Shown: in pieces, positions 9,499 through 18,760 of the stretch
Layout of the letters: each line of letters starts with the position of its first letter
How positions within the stretch are numbered: the first letter of the stretch is position 1
Assembly (NCBI RefSeq): GCF_026337845.1
Contig: NZ_JAOVZF010000146.1
Coordinates: forward strand, 121,015-185,014
Origin: Paraliomyxa miuraensis
GTDB lineage: Bacteria; Myxococcota_A; Polyangia; Nannocystales; Nannocystaceae
Length of the DNA: 64,000 nt
Direction: 5' to 3'
The notes under the pieces: model-generated
Databases searched by the model: none
The model's input: only the letters and a program-made list of their open reading frames with translations
Told to the model about the DNA's origin: nothing
Made by a program: the position numbers and the translations under genes

Positions 9499-10560
9499 TT
9501 GCCCGGCCCCGCGCGCACTCCGATAATCGACCCACGCGTGCTGGCACCGCTCCTCTCGATGCTCTTGCTCGATCCGGCCCCGGCCGGGCTCGAGCTGCGG
9601 TGGCAGACCGAGCCGGCATGCGTGGAGGCCGAGGGCTTGCCGGGTCGCGTGACGTCGTTGCTGGGTCGCGCGCCGCCGGAGGCGAGGCTCGCCCTCGCGG
9701 CGGAGCCCGTGGGCGAGGGCTGGCGGGTCGCGCTCGAGCTCGCGTCGGCTGGGCCGGCGGTGCGCCGCACCCTGGAGGGACGCGACTGCGCCACGCTGAC
9801 CGACGCGGTTGCGTTGGTGGTGGCGGTGCAGCTCGATCCGCTGGCGGTGGCCGGCGCGTCGACGGGCGACTTCGAGTCCTCGCCGGTGGTCGAGCGGGAG
9901 CCCGAGCCCCGGCTCCCGCCTCTGCCCCGGATCGACCCGCCGCCCTCGACGGAGGCGGTGGGCGAGCCCGAGGCATCGGCGGAGCGGCGCATCGAGCGTT
10001 CGCGAGCGAGCGGGCCATCGGCGACCGATCGCCCGCCGTCGCGGCCCCGCCCGCACGCCGTGCTGGCCGCGGCGATGATGGGCGAGCTGGGGGTGCTGCC
10101 CCGAGGCGCCGGGGCGTTCGAACTCTCCGGTGGGGTGGGTGGTCGGCGGGCTCGGCTCGAGCTCTCGGGGTTGGCGTCGGTGGGGCCGGGTGGGGTGAGC
10201 GAGCGGCTGCCCGCGGTGGGGGGACGCTTCGGTCTGTTCACGGGAGGGGTGCGGGGGTGCGGCGTGCCCCGGCGCGATCGGATGGCGCTGCCGCTGTGCG
10301 GGGGCGTCGAGGTCGGCGATCTGAGGGGCAGCGGGATCGGCTTGCTCCACCCGAGGACCGTGAACGCGCTGTGGGTGGCCGCCGTGGCCAGCGCTCGCCC
10401 GCAGTGGGTGCCCACGTCGCGGCTCTCGGTGGGGGCTCGGCTCGACCTGGTGGCGCCGCTGCGGCGCCATCGCTTCGCGATCGCCGAAGCGGGCCTGGTG
10501 CACGCGGTGGATCCCGTGGCGGTGCGCGTGGGCCTGAGCGTCGAGCTACGGCTACCCTGA
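9499..10560 (+). CDS. hypothetical protein (TTG start per track; first ATG 9559)
   Basis: Track ORF ends 10 nt before the sigma-factor gene. Composition is Ala/Arg/Pro-rich, so coding status is uncertain. Confidence 0.3.
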   Translation: MPGPARTPIIDPRVLAPLLSMLLLDPAPAGLELRWQTEPACVEAEGLPGRVTSLLGRAPPEARLALAAEPVGEGWRVALELASAGPAVRRTLEGRDCATLTDAVALVVAVQLDPLAVAGASTGDFESSPVVEREPEPRLPPLPRIDPPPSTEAVGEPEASAERRIERSRASGPSATDRPPSRPRPHAVLAAAMMGELGVLPRGAGAFELSGGVGGRRARLELSGLASVGPGGVSERLPAVGGRFGLFTGGVRGCGVPRRDRMALPLCGGVEVGDLRGSGIGLLHPRTVNALWVAAVASARPQWVPTSRLSVGARLDLVAPLRRHRFAIAEAGLVHAVDPVAVRVGLSVELRLP

Positions 10561-10570
10561 GCGAGGCATC

Positions 10571-11809
10571 ATGACCGCGTCGCATGCCATCGAGCCGCAC
10601 GGGGCCGGAGACGATCCCGCGGCCCGGATCGCCGCGTTGTTCGACGAGCACTGCGGCTTCGTGTGCCGGGCGCTGCGGCACCATGGCGTGCAGGAGGCCG
10701 CGCTCGACGACGCGGTGCAGGACGTGTTCGTCACCGCGCATCGCCGCTGGTCGACGTTCGAGGGGCGCAGCAGCGCGCGGAGCTGGTTGTTCGGCATCGC
10801 GCGGCGCATCGCATTTCGCTACCGCCGCTCGGCCGACGCCCGGGCGCGGCGCTTCGTGCTCGCCGACGCCGAGACCCCCGAGGGCGTGCACGAGCCGTTC
10901 GACCGCGTGCAGGCGGCCCACAGCCTCGCCGCCCTGCTGCAGCGGCTCGACGACGACAAGCGTGCGGTGTTCGTGCTCGCCGAGCTCGAGGGCATGACCG
11001 CTCCCGAGGTCGCCGATGCGCTGGGGTTGCCGCTCGGGACCGTGTATTCGCGGCTGCGTGCGGCGTGGCAGGGGCTCGATCGCGAGGCGGGCCGCGAGAC
11101 CCGGCGCGAGCTGTCGCGGCTGCGACCTCCCGAGCCGTCGTCCGAGCAACGCCGGCGCATGTGGGGGCTGGTGGCGGGCGGCCTGGTGCCCAGCCGGGGC
11201 AGCGGGGGAGCCGTGGCCACGGGCGGAGGATGGTGGGCGCAAGCCAAGTGGTTGGCCGTGGGGTCCGCGCTCGGGGTCGGGCTCTTGGGGGCGCGGGCGG
11301 CCATGGTTGCGGCGAGCGGCTCGGCACCTGCGCGGTTGGAGAGCCATGCGGAGCCCTCCGGCTCGACGCACCACAAAACCCGAGACGAGCGGCCCGTGGC
11401 CGCGGGAGAGGTCGAGCCGTTGGCGGAGGCGGCCGTGCCGGCGCCGCGTGTGCCCGTCCCCACGTCCGAGCCCACGCGGCGGCCGGTGGTCCGTCCGCAG
11501 GCCCCAGCCGCCCCCGCCCAGACCAACGCGGTCGAGGAGCCACATACCGATGCGCTCACCGCCGAGCTCGCGCTCGTGCGACGCGCCCGGCAGGCACTGC
11601 GCAACGGTCGGCCACAGGATGCGCTCGAGCGGCTGGCCGAGCACGCGCGTCGCTTCCCGGACGGGCAGCTGGCCGACGAGCGTCGACTCGTGCAGCTGGA
11701 TGCCCTGTGCGCGGCGGGTCGGTCCGACCAAGCCGCCCTCGAGGCCAAGGCGCTCGGCCGAGATCCCGCCTGTCCCCCGTCACGCGATCCGGCAGGCGCC
11801 CGCCCGTGA
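10571..11809 (+). CDS. ECF (sigma-70 family) sigma factor with fused C-terminal membrane-spanning, anti-sigma-like extension (412 aa)
   Basis: Sigma-2 region (VQDVFVTAHRRWSTFEGRSSARSWLFGIARR) and sigma-4 HTH (LAELEGMTAPEVADALGLPLGTVYSRLRAA) lie in the first ~190 aa. A predicted TM (WLAVGSALGVGLLGARAAMVAA) and a ~150-aa C-terminal domain follow in the same frame with no stop. Confidence 0.7.
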   Translation: MTASHAIEPHGAGDDPAARIAALFDEHCGFVCRALRHHGVQEAALDDAVQDVFVTAHRRWSTFEGRSSARSWLFGIARRIAFRYRRSADARARRFVLADAETPEGVHEPFDRVQAAHSLAALLQRLDDDKRAVFVLAELEGMTAPEVADALGLPLGTVYSRLRAAWQGLDREAGRETRRELSRLRPPEPSSEQRRRMWGLVAGGLVPSRGSGGAVATGGGWWAQAKWLAVGSALGVGLLGARAAMVAASGSAPARLESHAEPSGSTHHKTRDERPVAAGEVEPLAEAAVPAPRVPVPTSEPTRRPVVRPQAPAAPAQTNAVEEPHTDALTAELALVRRARQALRNGRPQDALERLAEHARRFPDGQLADERRLVQLDALCAAGRSDQAALEAKALGRDPACPPSRDPAGARP

Positions 11810-11872
11810 CTAATGGTGGGTTCCTGCGAGATCTTAGCCGCTCCCAGGACCCTCTGCTACGCTTCGCCGGTC

Positions 11873-12499
11873 ATGTCTTGGCTTCGCACGCTCCCGCTGC
11901 TCGTCTCCGTTCTGGGCCTGGGCTGCTTCAGCAACACGGTTCAGCTCGAGACCGATCCCGATCCGGGAGACGGCAGCGGCAACGACTCGACCAGCGACAC
12001 GATGGATGGCACCGGGGACACGACGGTGTCCGACACGGGCATGCCGATGGGCCCGCAGACCTACCTGATGGCCTACAACTCCTCATGGCAGCCGGGGCTG
12101 CCGTTCCAGGCCGTGGTCACCGCCACGCCGGGCTCGGGCACCGTCGATCTCACGCTGCAGTGGCTGAGCCTCGACATCGGCAGCACCACGGCGCCGCGGC
12201 AGCCGGTGGGTGACGTCTACGCCTACGCGGGGGTGCCAGTCGATGCGGCCACGGGCACGTTCTACTGGGACACGGGGATCATCCTGATTCCGGGGGCGGC
12301 CAATCCGATCACCGGGGCCGACGTGGTTGCGTCGATCCAGCTCAACGCGGTGCCGGCCGGGACCCCGGCCTACTGTGGCGCGGCGGGGGGCACCGTGCTC
12401 ATGCCGGTCGAGCTGTCGCTCGACGGCTCGTCCCACGGCATGAACGTGATCAGCGACGTGGGCAACCTGCCGATCGAGTTCTTCGTGGCGTGTCCGTAG
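11873..12499 (+). CDS. lipoprotein, hypothetical (208 aa)
   Basis: MSWLRTLPLLVSVLGLGC signal plus lipobox, then a D/G/T-rich linker and a globular domain. In frame within track ORF 11813..12499. Confidence 0.55.
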   Translation: MSWLRTLPLLVSVLGLGCFSNTVQLETDPDPGDGSGNDSTSDTMDGTGDTTVSDTGMPMGPQTYLMAYNSSWQPGLPFQAVVTATPGSGTVDLTLQWLSLDIGSTTAPRQPVGDVYAYAGVPVDAATGTFYWDTGIILIPGAANPITGADVVASIQLNAVPAGTPAYCGAAGGTVLMPVELSLDGSSHGMNVISDVGNLPIEFFVACP

Positions 12500-12512
12500 C
12501 GCCGGGCCCGGC

Positions 12513-13013
12513 CTACGGCGTTGGACTCGAGCGACAGTACTCGGCCACCGCGCGGTAGCTGCTCGCGCAGAACTTCTTGTGGTTGCGCTTGGTGTAGCGG
12601 CCCTCGACGCTCTGCCGCATGGTCTCGCACTCGGCGTAGCCGAAGTGGGTGCTCGCCACCTCGTCGCCCAGCGACTCGCAATACTCACTGCGATCGGTGC
12701 TGCTCAGGCACTCGCGGGTGAGCCGAGGCGCCTCGTTGGCGCACCAGCTCTCCACGCCGGGGCAGGCCATGGCCCAGTCCACGGTGAAGGCCACGCACTC
12801 CTGCGGGCTCATCGTGCGCTCGGTCCAGGGCAGCGGGCCGGCCTCGAGGGTGGCGGCGCGGTACTCCTGGTAGCGGGCCTGCTGTCGCCGGACCGTGATC
12901 CCGAACACCACGCACAGCAGCACGATCACCGCGATCACGCCCAGGACCAGCCGGCGGGTGCGCGGGCGATCGGGGGCGGGAGCGGGGGTGGGTACGTCCA
13001 CGGACCGGAGCAT
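12513..13013 (-). CDS. membrane-anchored Cys-rich hypothetical protein (166 aa)
   Basis: Start MLRSVD inside track ORF 12513..13094(-). TM segment LVLGVIAVIVLLCVVFGITV followed by an 8-Cys periplasmic domain. Confidence 0.45.
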   Translation of the reverse strand: MLRSVDVPTPAPAPDRPRTRRLVLGVIAVIVLLCVVFGITVRRQQARYQEYRAATLEAGPLPWTERTMSPQECVAFTVDWAMACPGVESWCANEAPRLTRECLSSTDRSEYCESLGDEVASTHFGYAECETMRQSVEGRYTKRNHKKFCASSYRAVAEYCRSSPTP

Positions 13014-13136
13014 AGGCGCTTTCCGCCCGCAGTGCGCACGGCGGCGGTCGCGGCTGCTCCGGCGACGCCGGGGAGGCTCTCTCAGCCGCTTCACGCGACG
13101 AGCCGTCGGCCGCGATGCTGGCGGGGCCCGGCCCCA

Positions 13137-13610
13137 TCACTCGCCAGGGCCGTCGGGGATCAAGTCGGCGAAGGGGTCAGCTCCCTCGCGAAGGCCTCGA
13201 ACCGGTTGAAGAACAGGCAGATGTGATAGCCGTCGCCGAACTCGTGGCGGAGATCGACGACGAGGGGCATCTCGATCGTGCGTGTCCTTCGCATCCGGGT
13301 CCAGCTCGAGCAGCTGCTTCAGCTCCTGCCTGGCGACGCGCTCGTCGGCATCGAGGACCAGCACCCAGGGGGCGCCGATGGCAGAGATTCCGAGGTTCCT
13401 CGCGGCGCTGAAGTCCAGGAGTCCAGCATGGGTCGTTCGATGGTACGAGATCGGTGTGACACCGAACCGGGACTCCAGGAGATCCTGGGTTCCGTCGGTC
13501 GAGCCCGTGTCGACCACGATGATGTCATCGAAGAGGTCGTGGATGCTCTCGAGGCAATCCGTCAGGTGACCGACTTCGTTCTTGACGACCATGCACAAGC
13601 CGAGTTCCAT
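13137..13610 (-). pseudogene. family-2 glycosyltransferase fragment, apparently frameshifted
   Basis: N-terminal GT2 motifs are present: MVVKNEVGHLTDCLESI, IVVDTGSTDGT, and VLVLDADE (DxD). Around 13270 the frame degenerates into Arg/Pro junk. A neighbouring frame encodes protein-like MPLVVDLRHEFGDGYHICLFFNRFEAFAREL. Total length is about half that of a normal GT2. Confidence 0.45.
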
Positions 13611-13742
13611 CGATCGCCACCTGGATCCTGGTTGTGATGAGTGTATGTACTAGCTGAATCCGGCGAGCACGGGCAACACGAATTGCAGTGCTCACGATTT
13701 CAGTCGATTTCAATTTTCGTTCCGCTCGAGCACGGTACGAGC

Positions 13743-15170
13743 TCACCCCTTGAAGGTCAGCAGTGGTCGCAGTCGCGCCACCTTCGACACCACGCCCGCC
13801 TGCACCTGGATGTCGACCACGGGCGTGATCGGCTTGTAGGCGGCGGGCGCTTCCTCGATCAGCCGCTCGGCCTTGAGGGTGATGCACTCCACGCCATCGA
13901 GGCCCAGGGCGGTGGGATCGGCGGGCCCGCGGCGGCCGACCTCGAAGCGGCTGAGCGCGCGTCCGGCCCCGTGCGAGGCCGAGCTGAGCGTGAGGGGGCA
14001 GCCGCGCCCGACGGCCAGGTACGACGAGTGGCCCATGGAGCCCGGGATCAGCACCGGCTGTCCCGCGTGGGCCGGAGTGGCGCCCTTGCGGTGCACGAAG
14101 CGGTCGCCTTCGCGCAGCACGATGTTGTGCGGCACGTCGAACACCAGCGGAGCCTCGAGGTCGGCGCGGTAGACCTCTCGCATGCGCAGCCGCACCAGCT
14201 CGGCCAGGAGCAGGCGGTTGGCGAAGCCGTAGTTGGCCGCGGTGTGGATCGCCTCGAGGTACTCGGCCGCGTCGTCACCGTGCAGCGCGAAGATGCCCGT
14301 CTCGGGATGACGCACCCCGGTGGGCCAGCGCTTGCGCGCGCGGTCGATCCACGTGTTGCCCACGTGGCGGCCCACGCCGCGCGAGCCGGTGTGGATCATG
14401 AACGCCACCTGGCCCGGTCGCACGCCCCACTCGAAGGCGAGACGCGCGTCGAGGATCTCCTCGACCACCTGCAGCTCGCAGAAGTGATTGCCGCTGCCCA
14501 GCGTGGCCAGGGTGGGGTCGCGCAGCGAGTCGCGGGAGGGGTCGCACAGCGCCTCGGGAGCATGGCGGGACGCGCCGGGGAAGCTGCCGCCCTCGTAGAC
14601 TCGGCAGAGATCGCGCCAGAGCTGGCTGGTCTCGCTGCGCGCGAGGGCGCCCAGCGGGCGCTCGGCCACCGCCTCGAGCCAGCCCACGCAGCCCTCGTCG
14701 AACATCGCGGCCATCGAGCCCGGGGTCATGGGCAGGTCGCGGGTGCCCAGCAAGAGATCGCCGCGCAGGCGCTCGACCAGCGCCTCCTTGCCCGCTGCGA
14801 ATGCGTCGATGTCGAGGTCGGTGACGTGCAGGCGCATGCCGCAATTGATGTCGGTGCCGATCGCCTGCGGCACGACCAGATCGGTGGTGGTGGCCACCAC
14901 CGCACCCACCGGCACGAGGTGGCCGGCATGGAAGTCGGGCGTGGCGCAGACCTGGCACACGTGGCCGCCCGCCGGGTGGCGCACGCCCGCGAAGCCCATC
15001 AGCTGGTGCAGCGCCTTGGACTCCAGCGGGAAGTCGGGCGGCAGCACCAGCTCGGCCGGCGGGATGTCGTCGCGATCGGGGCGACGGATCCGGTAGCCAT
15101 GATCGGTGGTGGACAGGTGCAGGCCCTCGCGAGCCAGGGCCGCGAAGACGCGATGGAGTCGAGTGGACAT
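13743..15170 (-). CDS. rtcB: RtcB RNA-splicing ligase (475 aa)
   Basis: C-terminal part of track ORF 13743..16223(-), from MSTRLHRV. Signature motifs GTDINCGMR, GSGNHFCELQ, IPGSMG and HGAGR. Confidence 0.85.
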   Translation of the reverse strand: MSTRLHRVFAALAREGLHLSTTDHGYRIRRPDRDDIPPAELVLPPDFPLESKALHQLMGFAGVRHPAGGHVCQVCATPDFHAGHLVPVGAVVATTTDLVVPQAIGTDINCGMRLHVTDLDIDAFAAGKEALVERLRGDLLLGTRDLPMTPGSMAAMFDEGCVGWLEAVAERPLGALARSETSQLWRDLCRVYEGGSFPGASRHAPEALCDPSRDSLRDPTLATLGSGNHFCELQVVEEILDARLAFEWGVRPGQVAFMIHTGSRGVGRHVGNTWIDRARKRWPTGVRHPETGIFALHGDDAAEYLEAIHTAANYGFANRLLLAELVRLRMREVYRADLEAPLVFDVPHNIVLREGDRFVHRKGATPAHAGQPVLIPGSMGHSSYLAVGRGCPLTLSSASHGAGRALSRFEVGRRGPADPTALGLDGVECITLKAERLIEEAPAAYKPITPVVDIQVQAGVVSKVARLRPLLTFKG

Positions 15171-15404
15171 GACGGCTGCTCCAGATGGCACGCCGCATGG
15201 CCTTCGGGGCCAGAGGCGCGCCATCGCGCTCGGGGGAAGGGCGAGGACGAGCCTCGCGCAGTCGCTTGCTCCACGCCGGTGGCGGGGGGCAAGGATGGTC
15301 GGGTCCCGAGGGCAGCAGCCAGCAATCCCTCGCGAGGGGGCAGTATGACCGGCAAGCGATGCGATGCAACCACTTTCTCGAGGTGAGCGTGCGTCGCGGG
15401 TGGC

Positions 15405-16823
15405 ATGATGGGTGGCGCGATGGGTGGTGTGACGAGATCGATGGGGACGGCGGTGCTCTGCCTGGGCCTCGGGGCGTGCGGTCCGGCGACGTCGGGTGAC
15501 GGGAGCACGGGCGGCACCGAGGCCACCGACGGCACGGGCGGCTCCACGGGCCAGACCATGGGCTCGGGTACGGTCGACGCCACGCAGGGGCCGGTCGACG
15601 GCTCGAGCAGCGACACGCACGAGCCCCCCGTCGCGTGCACGTATCAGCCCGGGTCGTGCGATCCGATCTGCCTCGAAGATCCGGTGCTCGATGCATGGGT
15701 GCGCGAGTTCCTCGGGCTCGGGCCCGCCGACGTGATCACGCCCGAGCTCGCCGCCTCGCTCCCGTTCGTGCTCGACGATGCGGAGACCGACGTGGGGAGC
15801 CTGGGGGGCCTGGAGTGCTTCCCCAACCTCGAGACCATCGTGTTCCGCGTGGACTCGTTCACCGACCTCACTCCGATCGCCGGGCTGGAGGCGCTCGAAG
15901 ACCTCATCATCGAGGACGTTCCGGTGGCACAGCTCCCACCGCTGGCCGCGTCCCAGCCAACTCAGATCTGGCTCAACCGCACCGAGGTGGAGGACGTCTC
16001 GTCGCTGGCGGGCTCGTTCCTGAGGCAGCTGCACGTCGAGGGCAGCCCGGTGTCCGATCTGGCGGTCGTGACCAGCATGCCGCTGCTGTGGGAGCTCGTG
16101 GCCAACGACACGCTGGTGACCGACCTGTCGCCGATTGCTTCGGCTCCTGAGCTGAGCCACGTGGAGCTCGATGGCTGCGGGATCACCGAGCTGTCGCCGC
16201 TGTTCGCCAACGGCACGATCCACACGCTCGCGCTGCGTCGCAACCAGATCACCGACATCGCGCCGCTCGGCACCACGCAGGTGGCGTGGCTGTGGATCGA
16301 TGACAACCCGCTGGGCGATCTCTCGCCGCTCGCGAGCCTCGCCCCGCTCTCGTACCTGACCATCTCCGACACCCAGGTCACCGATCTGGCTCCGCTGGTG
16401 GCTCTGCCGATCGAGTCGATCGAGCTCGATCGCGCGCCGCTGCTCGACCCCCAGCAGCTATGGGCGCTGCCCGGCCTGCGCACGGTGTCGGCAGCCGGCA
16501 TCGGGCTGACCAGCCTCGACGGCATGTCGCTGGCGATCGAGTGGCTCCACGTGCCCGACAACGGGCTCACCGACGTCTCGCCGATCGTCGACCTGACCCT
16601 GCTCGAGGAGCTCGATCTGTCGAGCAACGAGATCATGGATCTGGGCGCGATCGAGAACGCGCCGATCTTCGACGTCTCGTGCGGCCGCTTGTGGGTGACC
16701 GACAACCCGCTCGACGCCTACAGCACCAAGACGATGATCCCGGCCCTGTGCGCGGGATCGGTGATCGTGGAGAGCGACGTGCTCTCGTGCGATCAGCTCG
16801 ACGACTGCGGGCCGATCGACTGA
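15405..16823 (+). CDS. leucine-rich-repeat (LRR) lipoprotein (472 aa)
   Basis: Signal plus lipobox (AVLCLGLGAC) and G/T/D-rich linker. Then ~14 repeats of the form LxxLxxLxLxxNxIxDLSPL (for example LSHVELDGCGITELSPL, LHVPDNGLTDVSPI). Confidence 0.7.
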   Translation: MMGGAMGGVTRSMGTAVLCLGLGACGPATSGDGSTGGTEATDGTGGSTGQTMGSGTVDATQGPVDGSSSDTHEPPVACTYQPGSCDPICLEDPVLDAWVREFLGLGPADVITPELAASLPFVLDDAETDVGSLGGLECFPNLETIVFRVDSFTDLTPIAGLEALEDLIIEDVPVAQLPPLAASQPTQIWLNRTEVEDVSSLAGSFLRQLHVEGSPVSDLAVVTSMPLLWELVANDTLVTDLSPIASAPELSHVELDGCGITELSPLFANGTIHTLALRRNQITDIAPLGTTQVAWLWIDDNPLGDLSPLASLAPLSYLTISDTQVTDLAPLVALPIESIELDRAPLLDPQQLWALPGLRTVSAAGIGLTSLDGMSLAIEWLHVPDNGLTDVSPIVDLTLLEELDLSSNEIMDLGAIENAPIFDVSCGRLWVTDNPLDAYSTKTMIPALCAGSVIVESDVLSCDQLDDCGPID

Positions 16824-16916
16824 GCTCGAGCTGGCGCACGAACGAGCGCGAGACCCCCGCGCGATCTCACTCGCTCGCATGCTGCTACCATTCGGTCGCC
16901 AGTGGACACCTGCACC

Positions 16917-18488
16917 ATGAGCGAGTCTCGACGTACCGTGGGCATCTTCCATCCGCCGGAAGCCAAGCGGGACTCGGGCCTGACCATCATCTGCAACGAG
17001 TTCATGGAGGCGATGATGGACCACGGGCAGCACAGCGAGCTCGAGGTGTTCATGGAGCCCCGGACCGAGCTCATGGCTCGAATGCGCGGCCGGTGCTCGA
17101 CCCGCGGAGTGTTCGAGGCCGAGGACCGTGCTCGCGACGGAGCCATCCATGTTTGGCATGACCTGGTCCACGACATGAGCCGAGTGATCACCGTCCGACA
17201 GCGCTCGGAGAGAGCTCCCTACCCCCTGACGTTCGCGGTCCACAACGGCCACCCCAATCGACACCTGAGCACGATCGTGCTCCCCCTCCTGCTGGGGCCC
17301 ACCCATCCCTGCGATGCGCTCGTGTGTCCTTCGCGATCGCTCGCCGGGGTGTTCGATCGACTGTTCGCCCACATGGCCGCGTCGTCGCTGGGCCCTTCGC
17401 CGAGCTACCGGGGTCGAGTCGAGGTGATCCCATGGGGGCTCGACACCGAGACGTTCAAGCCTCGCGATCGCGCAGAGCACCGGCGTCGGTTCGGCCTGCC
17501 CATCGAGGCCACGATCCTCCTCTACGTGGGCCGAGTCAGCCCCGTGCAGAAGGGCGACCTCTTGCCGCTGCTGCGTGTCCTGGCCGAGCTCGCCCCCACC
17601 ACGCCCGAGCTGTTGCTGGTCATCGCCGGCCGGGTGGAGGTTGCGGGATACGAGGAGCTGATCCGTTCCTATGCGGCGCACCTCGGGATCACCGATCGCA
17701 TTCGGTTCCTGGGCCACGTTCGACCCGACGAGCGGCACCTCGTCTACAACTGCGGCGACGTCTTCGTGGCTCCCACCGACTGGATCGACGAGGGCTTCGG
17801 GCTGACGCCGCTCGAGGCGATGGCATCGGGCATTCCACAGGTGGTCTCCGACTGGGACGGCTATCGCGACACGGTGGAGCACGATCGAACGGGGATCCTC
17901 GTGCCCACGCTCTGGGCCGATTGCTCCTCGGACGTACCGATCGCCATGACCAAGGACGTGCTTCGGGACATGCGCGCGGGGCAATCGATCGTGATCGACC
18001 TTCGCGCCTTGGGGGCGGCGCTCGCCGGTCTCGTGCACAATGCCGATCTCCGCGGGCGCATGGCCGAGGAGTCCAGGCGCCGGGCCACGTCGTGCTTTGG
18101 TTGGCCGACCATCGTGGCGGCCTACGAGTCGCTGTGGGCCGAGCTCGAGGATGCGTCCAGGGGACTCGATGCCGATCGCCGACCTTCACCCTACGATCCA
18201 CCGCTGTTCGGCACCGTGGGTCACTATGCGTCGCGCGTGCTGAGCGACGACGATGCGCTCGCGCTCACCTCGGCCGGGCGGGATCTGCTGGAGGGGCGCG
18301 AGGTCTTGCCGTTCTCGGGGCGCTTCGAGATCCACGACGAGGAGCTGCTCGCGGAGCTGCTCGGGGCGCTCGAGGCCGGTCCACGCACGGTGGCGGTGCT
18401 CGCGCAAACCCACGGCCCTCGCGGTCGCGTCTTGCGACACTTGCTGTGGCTGATGAAGTTCGGGTTCGTCACGGCGGGCGAGGCCTGA
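16917..18488 (+). CDS. glycosyltransferase family 1 (GT-B, GT4-like) protein
   Basis: LYVGRVSPVQKGD...EGFGLTPLEAMASGIP is the GT1 C-terminal donor-binding signature. ATG at 16917 inside track ORF 16902..18488. Confidence 0.75.
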   Translation: MSESRRTVGIFHPPEAKRDSGLTIICNEFMEAMMDHGQHSELEVFMEPRTELMARMRGRCSTRGVFEAEDRARDGAIHVWHDLVHDMSRVITVRQRSERAPYPLTFAVHNGHPNRHLSTIVLPLLLGPTHPCDALVCPSRSLAGVFDRLFAHMAASSLGPSPSYRGRVEVIPWGLDTETFKPRDRAEHRRRFGLPIEATILLYVGRVSPVQKGDLLPLLRVLAELAPTTPELLLVIAGRVEVAGYEELIRSYAAHLGITDRIRFLGHVRPDERHLVYNCGDVFVAPTDWIDEGFGLTPLEAMASGIPQVVSDWDGYRDTVEHDRTGILVPTLWADCSSDVPIAMTKDVLRDMRAGQSIVIDLRALGAALAGLVHNADLRGRMAEESRRRATSCFGWPTIVAAYESLWAELEDASRGLDADRRPSPYDPPLFGTVGHYASRVLSDDDALALTSAGRDLLEGREVLPFSGRFEIHDEELLAELLGALEAGPRTVAVLAQTHGPRGRVLRHLLWLMKFGFVTAGEA

Positions 18489-18589
18489 GGTCGCTCGGAT
18501 CCGCGTGCGTGCGAAAGTGACACTGTCGCCTCGAGGCCGCGACACGCGGCCGGCCCTTGCCAGGAGCGTGCGAATGCGATCCGTCGTGT

Positions 18590-18650
18590 CACGATATCGA
18601 GCCGACTTCGATCGCATGTGGTAATTTCGAGCCGATTGATATCGAGCCAT
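18590..18650. promoter_or_regulatory. direct repeats (cgatatcgagcc x2, tcgagcc x3) in the AT-richer leader upstream of the precursor-peptide gene
   Basis: The sequence shows cgatatcgagccg at ~18593 and gatatcgagcca at ~18638, 45 bp apart, with a third tcgagcc at ~18627. All lie within the ~270-bp intergenic region before ATG 18761. Confidence 0.3.
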
Positions 18651-18760
18651 CGATCGATGTAACGGGCGGCGGTGAATGTGTTGTTGTGGGATGGAGCGGC
18701 GATGATATAGTTCGGAGCCTCGTGCTGGTGGAATGCGCCAGCGTGACTGGGAGAGTAGAT

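Noticed and set aside
5572-10574. Long minus/plus ORFs 5572..7098(-), 8218..10503(-), 8751..10574(+), 10238..11731(-), 10663..12213(+)
   Set aside because: Extreme Arg/Gly/Ala/Pro composition, typical of the alternate frames or antisense of high-GC genes. They overlap well-supported vWA, kinase, lipoprotein and sigma-factor genes.
18557-18760. Upstream in-frame extension of the precursor ORF (68 codons, Cys-rich MPGACECDPSCHD...)
   Set aside because: No SD and a weak start context. The internal ATG 18761 has a strong GGGAGAG SD, and the downstream product then has a canonical leader-plus-core layout. The extension lies in the AT-richer promoter-like region.
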